Part shown: in pieces, positions 24,355 to 38,004 of the stretch
Layout of the letters: each line of letters begins with the position of its first letter
Numbering within the stretch: the stretch's first letter is position 1
Assembly: GCA_964016885.1 (NCBI GenBank)
Contig: OZ024743.1
Location: 190,774,001 to 190,838,000 of the forward strand
Length of the DNA: 64,000 bases
Direction of reading: 5' to 3'
DNA from: Eledone cirrhosa
Taxonomy: Eukaryota
Made by a program: the position numbers and the translations under genes
Notes under the pieces: model-generated
The model's input: the letters and a program-made list of their open reading frames with translations, nothing else
Database searches by the model: none
Told to the model about the DNA's origin: nothing

Positions 24355-25909
24355 AAAGAATGAGAATTTAGAGAGATTGAAGGGGCGGAGAGGGCGGAAT
24401 CGGAAAAATGTTTTTAGAGAGAAATAACTTACATATATGTACAGAAGAGCGCCAAGCAGCGAAAGTGAATGATAAAGTTATTTATGTATATATAGAGAGT
24501 ATATTCAGCAGAGATGTTTTGCTAGAGATCTAGTCGCAGGTCGTGGAGAGCAGTACAGCCACCAGATATGATGTTTATTGACGATATAAGCGGGTAGTTG
24601 CCGGACGAATAAGCAAGCCGGTTAACAGTGATAAACTATTAGAAGAGAAATTCTAGACGAGGACAACCCTCACAATCTACTGATGTAGTTACAACGTAAG
24701 TGAAGACCGCCTCTACAAAAGCCAAGTCTTCGTATGTCTGAGAAAATTACCAAATTTTTGGTATCATTGTTTTGGCAACACCGTGTAATATTTTGGTATT
24801 CATATTGGTCATATTATGAAATAGCTTCATTAATGCTCTTTCGCTTACGTGAACAGCTGATTTTAGAATTTTTCCTGTAATTAAATCAAGTAATTTCGTC
24901 GAATTTAATGTTCAAAGTTTGGTACTATCTCTTCAATAGTTACTCATTACACAGCTACTTCTATCACCTGTTTTGTTTCAGGAATAAGAGCATTTCTCCC
25001 CCTTAATGCTTTGTTTATGTCTAAATGTGTCACTAGTTTAAAGTAATTTAATATAAGTTACCAAGATAAGTTACCAACTATAACTGATCGTTCTCGTGTC
25101 TTTGACTATACACATGTTAGTATTATTCTCAATATAAATGTTTATTTTGTTTCACCGATATATATGTAATTAACAGAAATTCACAATATTTATGCACTAT
25201 CAATATTTTTCCTTTAATTACATTTTCGTATATTTTGTAAGTCGCTTAATTTCTCTTTACTTTACATGACATATTGTCATTTTACTGATATTCCCTGTTA
25301 ATCATGTTGAAAAGTTTACTTTTCTTACTTATGAAGTCTCTTGGATTGCACTGGTCATAGCTGAAATTTTATATGCTGTTACCGTTTACAGAATGGTTTT
25401 CATCACTCCCTTGTCTCTGCTCTCGTGTTTAAATGATGTACACAAATCTTGTAAATGGAATACTTAATAACTTAATCAATACATACCAAGTCACCACCAG
25501 TAAGCAAATTACTTTCACCTTCTATAATCAGCTTTCAAATTCTTCTTGTAGTTCTTTGGTATAGGAAGTAACCTATAGCTGATAGATTTTCGACAAGAAT
25601 TCTTAAATCAACATTATAAAGATTGAAACGTCACTAAGCGAACTTTTGCGTTAATTCTATTATCACTAACCTCTCCACGTTTTCTGAATTTTCAAACAAT
25701 ACGCAACGCTTGCAAAACAAACTGTCCTCACATGTTCTTCCCTCGTGAATCTTTGTGTATATTATCAATCAGATTCTTTGGTGAAGGTCTGCTAAGACCG
25801 GCATATACACCTGCTTTCATAAACACCTTCTACTATATTTCATGATATACTGATTACACATGTAAAAACCAATTAGATACTACAAGCTAACGAGGCACTT
25901 TCTACACGA

Positions 25910-26100
25910 TTTTCCGACTTGCAGAAATAGTAACTAAATTCCCTTGAACTCACCCTGTAGTCATGCAAGTTGGGTGGGGTCGGTGGGGATGGGGGATAAT
26001 GTAGTTCTACATACACCTAGACAAAATGTATTGGATATAGCTGGAATGCCTTTGATCAAATGTCTGCATAATCAGAGATGACTTAGAGATAAACAAGAAA
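25910..26100 (+). mobile_element. Diverged SINE-like repeat family 2
   Basis: GACTTGCAGAAATAG...GCTGGAATGCCTTTGATCA...TAAACAA blocks recur at 42040-42240 and 51835-52215. Confidence 0.6.
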
Positions 26101-27034
26101 AACACTATATCCCTATAATCATTTGTTATCGTGCTCTTTTCTGAAACAGGGTAGATTGCAGAAAATGTGAGATAACAGAAACTGACATAAAATTACTCTA
26201 TTACTGTATACAAAACTATCAGAGGTGATGAAATATTCTTTACATATTCAACCATGCTGTCAAATACAACCGGACCTCTACATTACTAGTCTATTTATAT
26301 TGTCCTTGTAATTACTAAACAGCAACAAATTACGTCAAACACCCATCGTAGTATGTTCTAACATGTTTCAACCTATCAAGTTTCCTTTTGTTACAGCTAA
26401 CAAAAGCTATTTCCTTACATGTGAAGATACGTTCTTATTGTTCAGCAATTCTTAAGCCAAATATCAAATCTTCCCTTATGATCAATAAACTTCGCATGAA
26501 TTATTTATATAACTGATTAGCTTACCTAGACTAAGTTACCAAACATAAACTGAATATAAAACCAGGTAATGACGTTCCTTTAATCCAAAGGATTATGAAA
26601 GTCACACAAAAATACTCACACACATATTAACAAAAATACTTTCGTTTTTAAACATTTTGATGTGTTAAGAGAAAATATCGATATTTCTCAGAAAAATAAC
26701 TGCATTAGAAAAATATAGTAGAATGAATTTTGATAAAATATTCAGTAAATCTAGTTGTCTGAAAGTAAAACCTGAAATGTTTGCTGTCTCCAAAGAGTAA
26801 TTGATTATGCTTACTAAATATTTGGTTCATGTTTCATAATATTCATCTTAAGAACAATGACTAGAATGTTCCAACATCAAATGGCAGATGAGATTATTCT
26901 TTTTCACTTTCCTTTTGCAATTTCTTTCTTTCCAGCTATATTTTAAATTCACATTAGCTAATCCAACAGGCACCATGCTAAATGCCATGATTATATATAT
27001 ATATATATACATACATTTTAAATATATACATTAT

Positions 27035-27065
<31 letters not shown>

Positions 27066-27547
27066 CATACACAGTCCTCAAAAGCTGAATGCAAAATCAA
27101 AGAGTCATACTACAAGAATGTATACGTTATTTCTTCTAATATATCGTACAATAAGAAAGAAAAAAAAATTTTAATTTCATAGTTCCATTAGAAAGAAAAC
27201 ATCTAAAATTATGAAATATAAATAAATATTCAAAGCATGATATCAATATTAAAATGTAAATGAAAAAATACATAATAGAGCAACAAACAAAGGAAAAAAA
27301 AACGGAAAAAGCTATAACTCTTGAAGTAACACTTATGACAGCCGTTTCGGTAACTCAAGCCAAGCTATGTTGATTAGTTACGTTTTGGTGGGTTTGCAAT
27401 AATGCAAATATCCCAATGAGACTTCAAACACTTTGGAGCAACGCACTTAGCAGACTGGATTCCGCGACTCACGTCTCTTTATATAACCCACTCTCTTTCT
27501 AAGTCTCTCTCACTCTCTCTTAATATATATATATATATATATATATA

Positions 27548-27606
27548 TAGGAACGAGTAGGACCCCGACGGCTGAGCTCAAGCCGTTTCGACGGCTAATT
27601 CTGGAC
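27548..27606 (-). mobile_element. PLE-end fragment carrying the 3' half of a hammerhead, inside (TA)n
   Basis: Minus: ...AATTAGCCGTC-GAA-ACGGCT(TGAGCTC)AGCCGT-C-GGGGTCC; near-identical copies at 47139-47198 and 62725-62783. Confidence 0.7.
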
Positions 27607-27685
27607 CCATATATATATATATATAAATTAATAAAAACAATGAATAAAAACAAAGAAACAGTTCTTTATATTAAGAAATTAATCA

Positions 27686-27809
27686 TTTTACGATCGTTTC
27701 TAGGATATATATGTGTGTTGGTATGTATATCATATAGATCTATGTAAACATTTTACAAACTATCAGAGGAAATATACATACCTACACATATATATGCTGT
27801 CTTCAGAAC
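27686..27809 (-). ncRNA. Hammerhead motif with about 100-nt stem II
   Basis: Minus: CTGAAGA, long hairpin ATATATATGTGTAGGTATGTATAT pairing with ATATACATACCAACACACATATATAT, GAAA-CGATCG-T-A; stem I weak. Confidence 0.62.
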
Positions 27810-27999
27810 TAATATATGACGACAGCATATATATGTGTAGGTATGTTTTTATTCATTGTTTTTATTAATTTATCTTGACTCTGTTTTCCTGTGATTTTCA
27901 TCGAAAACATTTTTGAATACATCTCTTTTCATGATATTTGGATTACATTGAGTTCTTCATACGGATTGGACACTACCGTATATTTTGTTAGATTTATCT

Positions 28000-28076
<77 letters not shown>

Positions 28077-28178
28077 TCCAGTTCCCCAGTGAAATAATAA
28101 CCCAACCAGGAACTGGGCATATTCACAAAATTATACACCTCAACAATATATGTACTTGTCTATACCACACTAATTCGG

Positions 28179-28228
28179 ACTGCCTGGTGACAGCCAAAGA
28201 TGGCTGTCACTGAAATATATATAGCAGT
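28179..28228 (+). ncRNA. Hammerhead motif with damaged core
   Basis: ACTGC-CTG[deletion]GTGACAGCCA(AAGA)TGGCTGTCACT-GAAA-TATATA-T-A-GCAGT then AATAAA; 5-bp stem I and 10-bp stem II perfect. Confidence 0.65.
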
Positions 28229-28273
28229 AATAAACGAAGCTATATTTTAAACATTTGACTTTTTATTTAACTT

Positions 28274-28334
<61 letters not shown>

Positions 28335-28335
<1 letters not shown>

Positions 28336-28638
28336 CGAAGGAAGTGTGGTAAGGAACCAGATGGACCATAACCCACCAGAGTACTCAATACTTAGGGTAG
28401 CAGAGTGCCTATTAGGAAAATGTTCAACCCCGACGGTAGAGCTCCAATGTAAACATTTGAATACACTCCTTTAGAAAATATACCATGCATATAATTAATC
28501 TTAGCTCTTATAAATATATATAACAAAGAGGGTATGGTAAGATACTAGGTGGACCATAACTCATCAGAGTACTCGATACTTTGGGTAGTAGAGCGGGTAA
28601 TAGGAAAAGAGTCAGGACCTAGGTGTCCAGACTCTTTT

Positions 28639-28642
<4 letters not shown>
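28335..28642 (-). mobile_element. Two diverged PLE-end fragments, the second ending in a fold-back hairpin
   Basis: Units at 28335 and 28523 share GGTAAG...GGACCATAAC...CAGAGTACTC.ATACT..GGGTAG; homologous to 61130-61330; hairpin TAGGAAAAGAGTC.GGAC/GTCC.GACTCTTTTCCTA. Confidence 0.7.
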
Positions 28643-28689
<47 letters not shown>

Positions 28690-28882
28690 TTGGGGAGGGT
28701 CATATTTGTGTAATATTGCCAGAATTAATAACAGAACACACTCACTGTTTGGTTGGTTTTCGCTTCTCGCTGTCTTTTATATCGGTAATCTAACTTACTC
28801 GGTCCTCAATGTTGCCATTGAGTGACCGACGGTCAAAAATAATACAGATACAATATAGACACAAACACATATATATAGTTTA

Positions 28883-28922
28883 TCATAAATCTTTCGTTGC
28901 ACATCTGCAACATCGTCAGTGG
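28883..28922 (-). ncRNA. Minimal hammerhead ribozyme in PLE 3' region
   Basis: Minus: CCA-CTGACGA-T-GTTGCA(GATG)TGCAAC-GAAA-GATT-T-A-TGA; perfect 6-bp stem II; sense to the ORF. Confidence 0.75.
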
Positions 28923-29171
28923 TGTTATATTTTCCTCCTGTTGTGTTGTATGTCTACGCCATTTTTATTCAGTCTGTCTATATATTTATTTATTTATTTA
29001 TTTGCTTGTTTGTTTATTTTATTTTGTCGTCTTTGCGCATGCGTTTGCGTGTGTGTATAGTGTTTTGTTTGCTATGTGATGGGTGACTAGTGTGTGTTTA
29101 TATGCTTGTTGTTATTGTGCTTGTGTATGTATTTATTTATTTATTTATTTTATTTTATTTTATTTACTTAT

Positions 29172-31083
29172 TTATACTTCTCTTAGGCCAGTGTTGTTTG
29201 TTTGGGTGTTGTTGTTATTCCATTCATTCTTTCTGTTTAGCCTTGGTCTTCTAATTTCTATTTCACTGGCCTCTATGATTTGCCTATCTGCTGGGTCATT
29301 TCTATGTTTAGATATTATTCTAATTTCTATGTTGTCTATGTTACCGTCATGTTGTTGTCTAGCATGTTCGTATAGTACTGACCCGTTTTTTCGTCCTTTT
29401 AGTTCCCTCCAGTGTTGGTCTATCCTTTCACCTATGCTACGAGCTGTCTCACCTATGTATGTTGTTGTCATGTTTCTGCAAGTACCCTATGTCCATCTTA
29501 TACTATAGACTACGTTTCTAGTGTTACAGTTTATCCGGGGGTTCACCTTACATATGACACATTTCCTATTGGTACAGTGGGTTTTCTTAAAAGGGTAGGT
29601 TTTGCTGATCAGGGATTTTATGGTGGTTCCTGGCTTTTCTACCACCTTTATTTTTTAAGTGGGTCTTTCTCAGGGCCTTTCTACACTGGTTAGCTAATTT
29701 CCCTCCAGGGGTGGCGTCCACAAACATGACACTCTGGTATCTCTGGTTGTCGTACCGTGAGGTGGCTTTCCCTATCTTATGTCTAGCCCTATCTAAGCTA
29801 TTCCATGATTTTCTCCTGTATAATGGGCAAATTCCTTTCATGTCCAGTTCTATGAGGGTCTTATATTTTTCCATGGCTCCTTCGTATACTCTGACTCTGT
29901 CTCTTTGGTTGTAGCCATGGAACTGCATGCGGTTGATGAAGTGTTGGATGTGTCTTTCCATTTCTGTTGGGTCGCACATGCGGGACACATTCTTCATCAC
30001 TCGTACCAAATCTGCGATCAGAATATTAAACTTAGCACTACTGGACATTGCTGAGTTTTTGAGTATCAGGTATTTGGAGGCCATGGGTTTAGCATAGTGT
30101 GAGTGGAGAATTTGGGCTCTCTCGTCTATAGTGTTAATCCAGAGTTCTGTGTCTAATACAGGTAGTCTATTGTTAGGGTGTTTGGAAGGGAAGTGGATAG
30201 TTACAGTTATACTCTGGTGTATGGAATTAGCTATCTGCTGGATGCTTTCCATCGTGCTACGTTCTAAATCAAACTTGTTAGTGCTCTCTAGTGTGGGTGT
30301 TCTTATAACTATATTGATATCGTCTACATAACGAGAGTACATGATGAGGTCTATGGAGCTCTCATTAAGGAGTTCTTTAAGTCTCCTTTCCCACCATACC
30401 ATGAAAAGGTTGGCAACATCACCAGCTATGCTGACGCCGATGGCTGCTCCCTCATTTTGGGTGTAGATTTTCTCGTTGAACTTAAATATGTGGCCCTTTA
30501 CGGTAGTTTTGATACTAGCCCCTATTGCATGTGCGACCATTTTTCTTACCTGATCATTGTTTTGGGGGGTCCGTATAGCTTTGGTCCACCCAATCCCCCT
30601 TCCCATGGGAGTCTTTTTCGCCATTGAGGTTATGGTGGGGGGTCTACCTCTTATAGGTCTACTAGGACAGAAACATCTAAGGTCATGGCTGTCTAGGTAG
30701 TCAGTGTCGTAGGTAAGTCTAAGTAGGAGGCCCAGTTTGTCTGTGTCGACGTCGCAGAACTCCACCTCACTCTCAATGATCATCTCCACACATATTTTCA
30801 CAGCAAAATCAATGTTAATGGATGGGTACAGTGACACCACATCCATGCTGCCTATTATGCAGTTGGATAGGCTCCTGTTTTTGTTACACTCACTGATTCT
30901 GCTGAGGAGGTCCTGTGTACTGTCACATACATCTGGGGACATCTAGATTATGGGGCGTATAACCATTGAGAGGAAGTAGGGATCCTGTAGTTGCTAGCTA
31001 TATTAGCTCCGCATACGGGTCTTGTTGGTGGTCCTGTTGTCGGGTCGTCGACTGTCTTGTGGTCTTTGCGGAGCCCATACAGC
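29172..31083 (-). pseudogene. PLE reverse transcriptase + C-terminal GIY-YIG endonuclease, frameshifted
   Basis: LYGLRKD, GSMDVVSLYPSI, EGAAIGVSIAGDVANLFM, RYVDDI, LPVLD; then CVIC...NVVY...YIGETARSIGERIDQH...H...IIEA...LNRKNEW. Confidence 0.9.
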
Positions 31084-31293
31084 CCGTCGGTCAGTCAATG
31101 GCAACATTGTGGACCGAGTAAGTTAGATTACCGATATAAAAGACAGCGAGAAGCGAAAACCAACCAAAGAGTGAGTGTGTTCTGTTATTAATTCTGGCAA
31201 TATTACACAAATATGACCCTCCCCAAGTATAACAATATTTGTTTCGACACACGATTTCATATAAAAAACCTCGCAAAACTAATTCATCGCCGC

Positions 31294-31367
<74 letters not shown>

Positions 31368-32540
31368 CTGACTTTGAAAACGATATAAATATATATATAT
31401 ATATTTGTTATTTTCTTTTGTGGAGCAAGAGGCATCACTCTAGGAGAGGGTCAGTTTGATATAAAACCTGCGACTTGCATCCATGATGTAGACCATTCTT
31501 CTTTTTGTGAACATGCATCCGATGTTCAGAGAGTGGGATTGGCTCCGTGCAAAGCTTTTCCTCTCTTAAAAAAGCTTCGAGCACTGGTATCGCTTGACAT
31601 GTGGCAGCTTTTGCGATGAATGGTATTGCTGGCCATAGGGAAGTCCCTAGCAGGACTAAAAAGCCACTTCTGTCATGTTCATGCTTCAAGTATCAAGCGT
31701 TGGTATAACTTGAAATTGCAGCCATAATGTATGTATGTATTATGTGCGTATGCACGTATATATGCATGTATGAATGCATATATATATCTACATTTGTGTG
31801 TATGGATGTATTCATGTTTATATGTATATATTTGAGTACATGTATCTATCGTAAATGCACACAAATAACATATCTTGCATACCCCTTCACTCTTTCTCCT
31901 ACACACATATATCCACTATTTCTCACATATCTTACACTCCCTCTCACCCTCAGTATTTTTCATTTCTCTCTTTGTCTCTCTCGCTCTCTCTCTCTTATCT
32001 TACTTCATTGTTTCGTTTCCTCTCGTATCAGCATACTCATATCCCCCATCCAACTCTGTTAATCTGTGCCAGATTATCTGATTATTGTTCCTGATATTAT
32101 AGCAGATCCTTTTCTATTCCATTTCAGCTGAACCATTACTATATATTATCGTTGTTTTCCATGGTGTCAGCTGATAAGTCATGGCAAATTTCTGCTGAAA
32201 TAAAATCTTCGGTCAGCTGATAATATTAAGCTGATACACACATTGCATACACACAAAGCACGGCAAAAAATATACACGACTTTATTAATTCAGACATGAA
32301 TAACCCCCCCCCCCCCCCCACATACACACGCACACACACATACACATTCGTACTACATAGCCACACACAAAAACATATATCTACACATACAAATATCCAG
32401 ACCTATTTCTAAGATGAAAAAATAGACGGAGTAACAAAGCTGTCGCACATGTATCACACCATCTATTATGCACATAGATACGCACTCACACACGCATATA
32501 TATGTATATATAAATATACAAATGCACATATGCCTGTGTG

Positions 32541-32602
<62 letters not shown>

Positions 32603-32671
32603 AAGCAAGTGCTTAATTTGGTACCAACACCATTAATTCAGTGAATGACCTGCACTATACACCCCCCCCCC

Positions 32672-32736
<65 letters not shown>

Positions 32737-32824
32737 GTAGGAGGGGTGTTTTATTGTAGTACAATAAAGCAATGCAAATATCGGATAAGTACCACTCTAC
32801 AGTTTGTAGGACTGGAGTATAAGT

Positions 32825-33103
32825 AATATAAGATCAAAAGATGGTTAACAGAGTTCCAAGTATTTTCTTATGCGCATTTCAAAAACAAATATCATCATGA
32901 GATGATATCTGCGTGTTCATCAGATAAAATATGGATACATGAGATGAAGGTTAAAAACCATTTGTGAATAGTGAAGTTTTAAATCAACATATCCCTATTT
33001 TATCTGATGAAAACGCAGATATCATCTCATGATGATATTTGCTTTTGAAATGCGCATAACAAAATACTTGGAACTCTTTTAACCATCTTTTGATCTCATA
33101 TTA
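32825..33103. mobile_element. Fold-back PLE-end module, about 110-bp inverted arms, hammerhead in each arm
   Basis: 32825-32936 is the reverse complement of 32990-33103; (TA)n nearby on both sides. Confidence 0.88.
32997..33065 (+). ncRNA. Hammerhead ribozyme motif (mirror copy on minus at 32862-32930)
   Basis: ATTTTAT-CTGATGA-AAAC-GCAGATATCATC(TCAT)GATGATATTTGC-TTTT-GAAA-TGCGCA-T-A-ACAAAAT; palindromic ATGCGCAT stem III. Confidence 0.78.
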
Positions 33104-33119
33104 TATATATATATATATT

Positions 33120-33823
33120 TAAAAGAATAGAGGTGTAACACGCAAGTTATGATATATTGGTGAATGGAAAAGAAAATGCTGACAAATTGTTCACAGTGAA
33201 AAATAGTTTAATTAGGAATAAGTGAGAATTAGTAATACTATTGGTTAGTATTCAGTTTTGGTTTTAAGTTTTACCGGTTGCGCATTTCTAATGCTTTTCA
33301 AAAATAATTTTGGGATAGAGCGTACGTGATGTTTGCTCTGATCTGATTAGTTGTGGGAATTCTACCTGTTTTTATGTGAAGAAAGTGGCTCCAGCGGTAT
33401 TAAAATATGTTTCGCGCCAATTCGTGTTGCAAAAATTCTTGTGGTCAAAACTGTTTTGATTGGTCGGTAGAGGTTATGTGAATGTTAAAAATTGATTTTG
33501 CGCCAAATGTAGGTTTGTGTCGGCTGATTGAGAAGTCACTGAAAAATAAGTCTTTCAAAACAAATATGTGTGTGTGTGTGTGTGTAGTAGTGGTAAAGAG
33601 GTTCGTTGTTGTGATAATGGTCAGCAGGGATGTGTGTGCGTACCGCAGCCTGTTGATAGTTCAAATGCCTATTAAGACAAGTGTGTGTGTGGGTGTGTGT
33701 GTGTGTGTGTGTGTAGCAGAGTAATTCGTGGTAGAGGGATGGTCAGTAGGAATGTGTCTGTAAGTGTGTGGGGGATATTTTAACATGTTAAAAGATATTT
33801 TTCAGCTCTTGTCTGATACGGAG

Positions 33824-33904
<81 letters not shown>

Positions 33905-33942
33905 GCTTTGTATGTTAATGTACGCGTGTGTATGTGTGTGTG

Positions 33943-33980
<38 letters not shown>

Positions 33981-34636
33981 AATGTGTGGGTGGACCAGTA
34001 TTTATTTCTGGTAAAATGGTGTACATTATTCGATATTTTCAGTAAAAACGATTCTCTCAATAGAACATCAAAAACCTTAATAATAAAAGGTGTAAATGAT
34101 ATATAGTATTGGCATAATACCAAGGTGTGTGTGAGTGTCCAGATTGTACGTACTGCAAGGGGAATCCATTAGGCCTTGCCGTATTGGAATACTTGTGTAC
34201 AAATATGTATGTGCCCATCAGTGTGCAATGCATTTGTGCGTTTATGTATGTGTGTGTGTCGGCACGTTTATATCTATAGACATCAAAAGGTATGCAAATT
34301 TGTGTATATTTGTGTTGCCAAATAGAACATGTGTGTTTACGTATGTCATTGTGTTTATATATGTATAGAGATGTATGCTGATGTAGGTATGTATGTTGAC
34401 GTGTGTATGTTGTGGGTTGGTCTTAGGGAGAAGTGTTTAGACGGGGTCCGTATTTGTTAATAAAGCAAGATTCCTTGCTGATGCGCTGGGTGTGGGTGGC
34501 ATTATCTTTAAATTTGTAGAGGGGAAAGATTCTGAAGTTGGGATGATTTTGGGCGGCACAGGTATCACTGTGTTCACTGAGTGGTATTTTCCTGTATTCC
34601 CGTATTTTAATTTGGGATCTATGGACAGTCATATAT
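33120..34636 (-). mobile_element. PLE 3' fragment (Neptune-like GIY-YIG C-terminus plus microsatellite-rich 3' region)
   Basis: MTVHRSQI...IPLSEH.DTC...F.IFP.Y...R..KE..FI.KY.P.LN; homologous to 48022-48228. Confidence 0.75.
33269..33304 (-). ncRNA. Variant hammerhead (U3:A8 core), decayed copy
   Basis: Minus: TTT-TTGAAAA-GCATT(AGA)AATGC-GCAA-CCGG-T-A-AAA; same position in the element as 49111-49148. Confidence 0.55.
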
Positions 34637-35035
34637 ATATACACATGTTGAGCTTCGAAAACAAACCGCGTTGACGTAAATCGAAAAAATAAATTTACTT
34701 TCTTCTAGCGTTTTATGTTGCTCCTTTTACATGGTAAGTTTGTTGTCTATTTATTCTAGTCATTGTTTTATGTATTTATCTGTTTCTGTCGAAAGACACT
34801 CGTACATTTTCCTGTCCATCCTTTGTATGGCTATCGTCTCACATGCATGTTACTGAGAGATAACTGTTCTCCCATCTTTTCTTTCGTAAACTGGTATTAC
34901 AAGTGCAAATACCACCTTAACGTGTGAAATTGCACACCACGAATGTGGCTGACGATGTGGGCAGGCAGCTGTTTGTCCGTCATATGTAATTGTTTTTCAT
35001 TGTATATGTTCTATTTAAACAAACCTACACACATA

Positions 35036-35115
<80 letters not shown>

Positions 35116-35918
35116 TACACACATATATGTGTATATATGTTTGTATGAGTGTGTGTGAGTGTATGTGTATATATATACATACGTATAAAAACCTAAATGC
35201 ATAAATACATATGTGCAAATGCAAATGTATACACATTGACTCAAAAACCTTGACATACTACAACACAAATTATCATACAAATCAAGATGGGATTTACTTC
35301 GCATTACATAATCTACAAGTATCATACCTATCTATATCTTTATCTGATGGTTATAATGCGCGTAACCGTTGCGCTATTTAAGTACGTGGACAGCTTTCAC
35401 ATACTAAGCATCCCCCAAAGTACTTTCAACCTTTCAAATGTAGGTATATGTGTGAGCACACGTGCGTGTGGGTATATATGTGTGGGGAGATGGGCAAGCC
35501 AGGGAAGGGCAATAGAGTTCATAACACCTCTCCTACACATAGCAGTAATTTCTGGTGACGGGATTAGGGTGAGTGACAGCTCACGCGTGAATGGAAATGG
35601 TCTGTAGGCAGATTTGAATGGTCAAACACATAGATGACGTCACGAACTATCAACCAATCGAAATGCCGCGCAAACAGGATGATGGCAGATGATAGAAATG
35701 TGAAGGGTCGGAGTCCAGCAGAATGAGGATTTGCCTCGAAATCACTAGACGTATCTGAGGAACTTGCGAATCCAGAGTCAGGTTCAATCCACAAACAGAT
35801 CGCACCTCGAGCTGTTCGCCGGAGAAACAATTGTAATACGTCGTAATAATTTGTGTTCCGATGCATCACTGATTCTTCGTTTTCCATATATATATATATA
35901 CATATAATATATATATAA

Positions 35919-35952
<34 letters not shown>

Positions 35953-35997
35953 ACGATATTAACACATTTTTCAGTTATATATATATATCTATCTATC

Positions 35998-36182
35998 TAA
36001 GGCGGGTAAAATTCCCGAGATCCATGGACGAGTTCTCTCCAGCGGTCTCTGTCCCTCATTATCGCTGCCATATCCTGCATCTCCAACAGACCAGTGTCTG
36101 TCCTTAGGGCATCAACATATGTTAACCTTGGTCTTCCTCTTCTAGTGTGTCCATGTAGGGGCTCCCAAAGGAGCACTGAGTG
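35998..36182 (-). mobile_element. RTE-like LINE 3' end
   Basis: VLLWEPLHGHTRRGRPRLTYVDAL...MRDRDRWRELV, typical RTE-group C-terminus, then short (AGAT)n-like tail. Confidence 0.75.
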
Positions 36183-36189
36183 CAATGTC

Positions 36190-37499
36190 AATATATTATG
36201 TTACTTTTAATCGAAAACCATAGCAATAGTGGAATTAATAGGAAAAATAAATCCATAATACAGTTTTTCAACAACTACAACCTTAATTTAGAAATCGAGA
36301 ATAATTATATTAACTCCTTAGATGTAACTTTAAACCTTAGCGCAGGTCTTTATTATCCATTCCATAAAATTAACGAAAATTACGTAAGTTTCAATTCTAA
36401 TCATCCTAGAAATATACAAAATACTATTGTCAATAGCGTCCAGCAACGGATTTCACGCATCTCTGCTAATAAAAATATGTTTGATAATAAGGCAGAATAT
36501 TACAATGAGGCTTTACATAGAACAGGGTACTCGAATAAAATTAAATACTTAGACAACAATAACATGATAAATCATCCTAGAATTCATTATACTAACAATA
36601 AGCAATTTAATTTAAATAGTAAACCAAACAAAAAAAAAACTAGAACTAGAAATATTATTTGGTACTCTCCCCATTCTCATTAGGCGATAAAACACCTGTA
36701 GTAAAACTATTTTTCAAAGAACTGGATAAGTGTTTCCTAAAGCCCACAGATACCACTCTAATTTTAACAGACACACTCTACTACAATGAACATAGCACAA
36801 CATATAAATAGAATTAATAATAGAAACTTAAATTTAAACCGTAACCAAACAAACCAAACGAGCAATAATAATATTTCTAATAACAATATTCATAATAATA
36901 GTACCGTTCCTAGTAACAACAACTCCTGAAAGTGTAACTGTAGAATTGAATCAAACTGCCGTTTACAAAACAATTGCTTAGACAAAAACTTAATTTATAA
37001 ACGCACAGTAAAAACTAGAGACAAAATAGTTAACTATATAGGTGCCACTTCTACAAAATTCAAAGAACGCTGGTACAACCACAAACATACATTTAATAGG
37101 TCCGATGAAAAATCTTCCACTTCACTTTCACATCTAAGTTGGAATTTAAAGGACAACATCATAGACTATTCAATAACTTGGGGAACGATTTCGAAAACAC
37201 CTGCATACCGAAACATGGCTTTCCCAAGGGTATGTCATTTGTGTATCGAGGACATTTTTTATATAATTAACTGTCAAAATTCTATTAATTTAAAAAGTGA
37301 AATATTTAATTCTTTCAGACATCGCCAAAAATCCACTTTCCGAAGCATTTTTAATCTATAATATTCATAACACATTTTATATCTATAAAATCACCAATAA
37401 TACTTATTAATCTATATAGATATTTATATACTTACAACCCGTTGCAATATAATAAGATAAAATGTACTTACAACCATAATTCTTCATATAATCTAATTG

Positions 37500-37539
<40 letters not shown>

Positions 37540-37980
37540 CTCATAATTTAGCTAAATACTTTTTAAATTCTGAAATCATATTCAACCAACAAACTGTTAA
37601 TTCTTAACATTTCAATCTTTTTTCTTTCTTTCTTTCTCTTTCTTGTTGCTATACATACATATATATATATCCTAATAATTATTTAAATCTACCTAGCGTC
37701 TAAAAATAACGTTTCTTCTACCCAATACCTCAACCTCATTTACATATTCATCTAAATAATTTGAAATACTTGATTGTTCCTCTCTTTCCCCGTTTTCCTT
37801 TTACTATCCAGGAAAAACTTGAACTGTTAAGATCTCGTTCCTGGATATGTCAATATTTATAAAACAAACTTTGTATGGGTTGTTAATTTATTAAGTTACC
37901 GTTGAACCACACTAGCATACGGTCGGACTGTACGCGTATCCCTATGTGTATTATTTACATGTAGGAATACATACTTTTAT
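36190..37980 (+). mobile_element. Decayed PLE (RT thumb + GIY-YIG) with CNC linker, Hydra-clade-like
   Basis: LDVTLNL, SNHP, RNIIWYSP, then KCNCRIESNC..QNNCLDKNLIY...YIGATSTKFKERWYNH...CHLCIE. Confidence 0.8.
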
Positions 37981-38004
37981 TATATATATATATATATATA
38001 TATA

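Larger units (their letters stand above)
28685..31297 (-). mobile_element. Penelope-like element, 5'-truncated, with 148-bp inverted terminal copies, in (TA)n
   Basis: RT + GIY-YIG on minus; 28685-28832 is the reverse complement of 31084-31231; (TA)n both sides. Confidence 0.92.
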
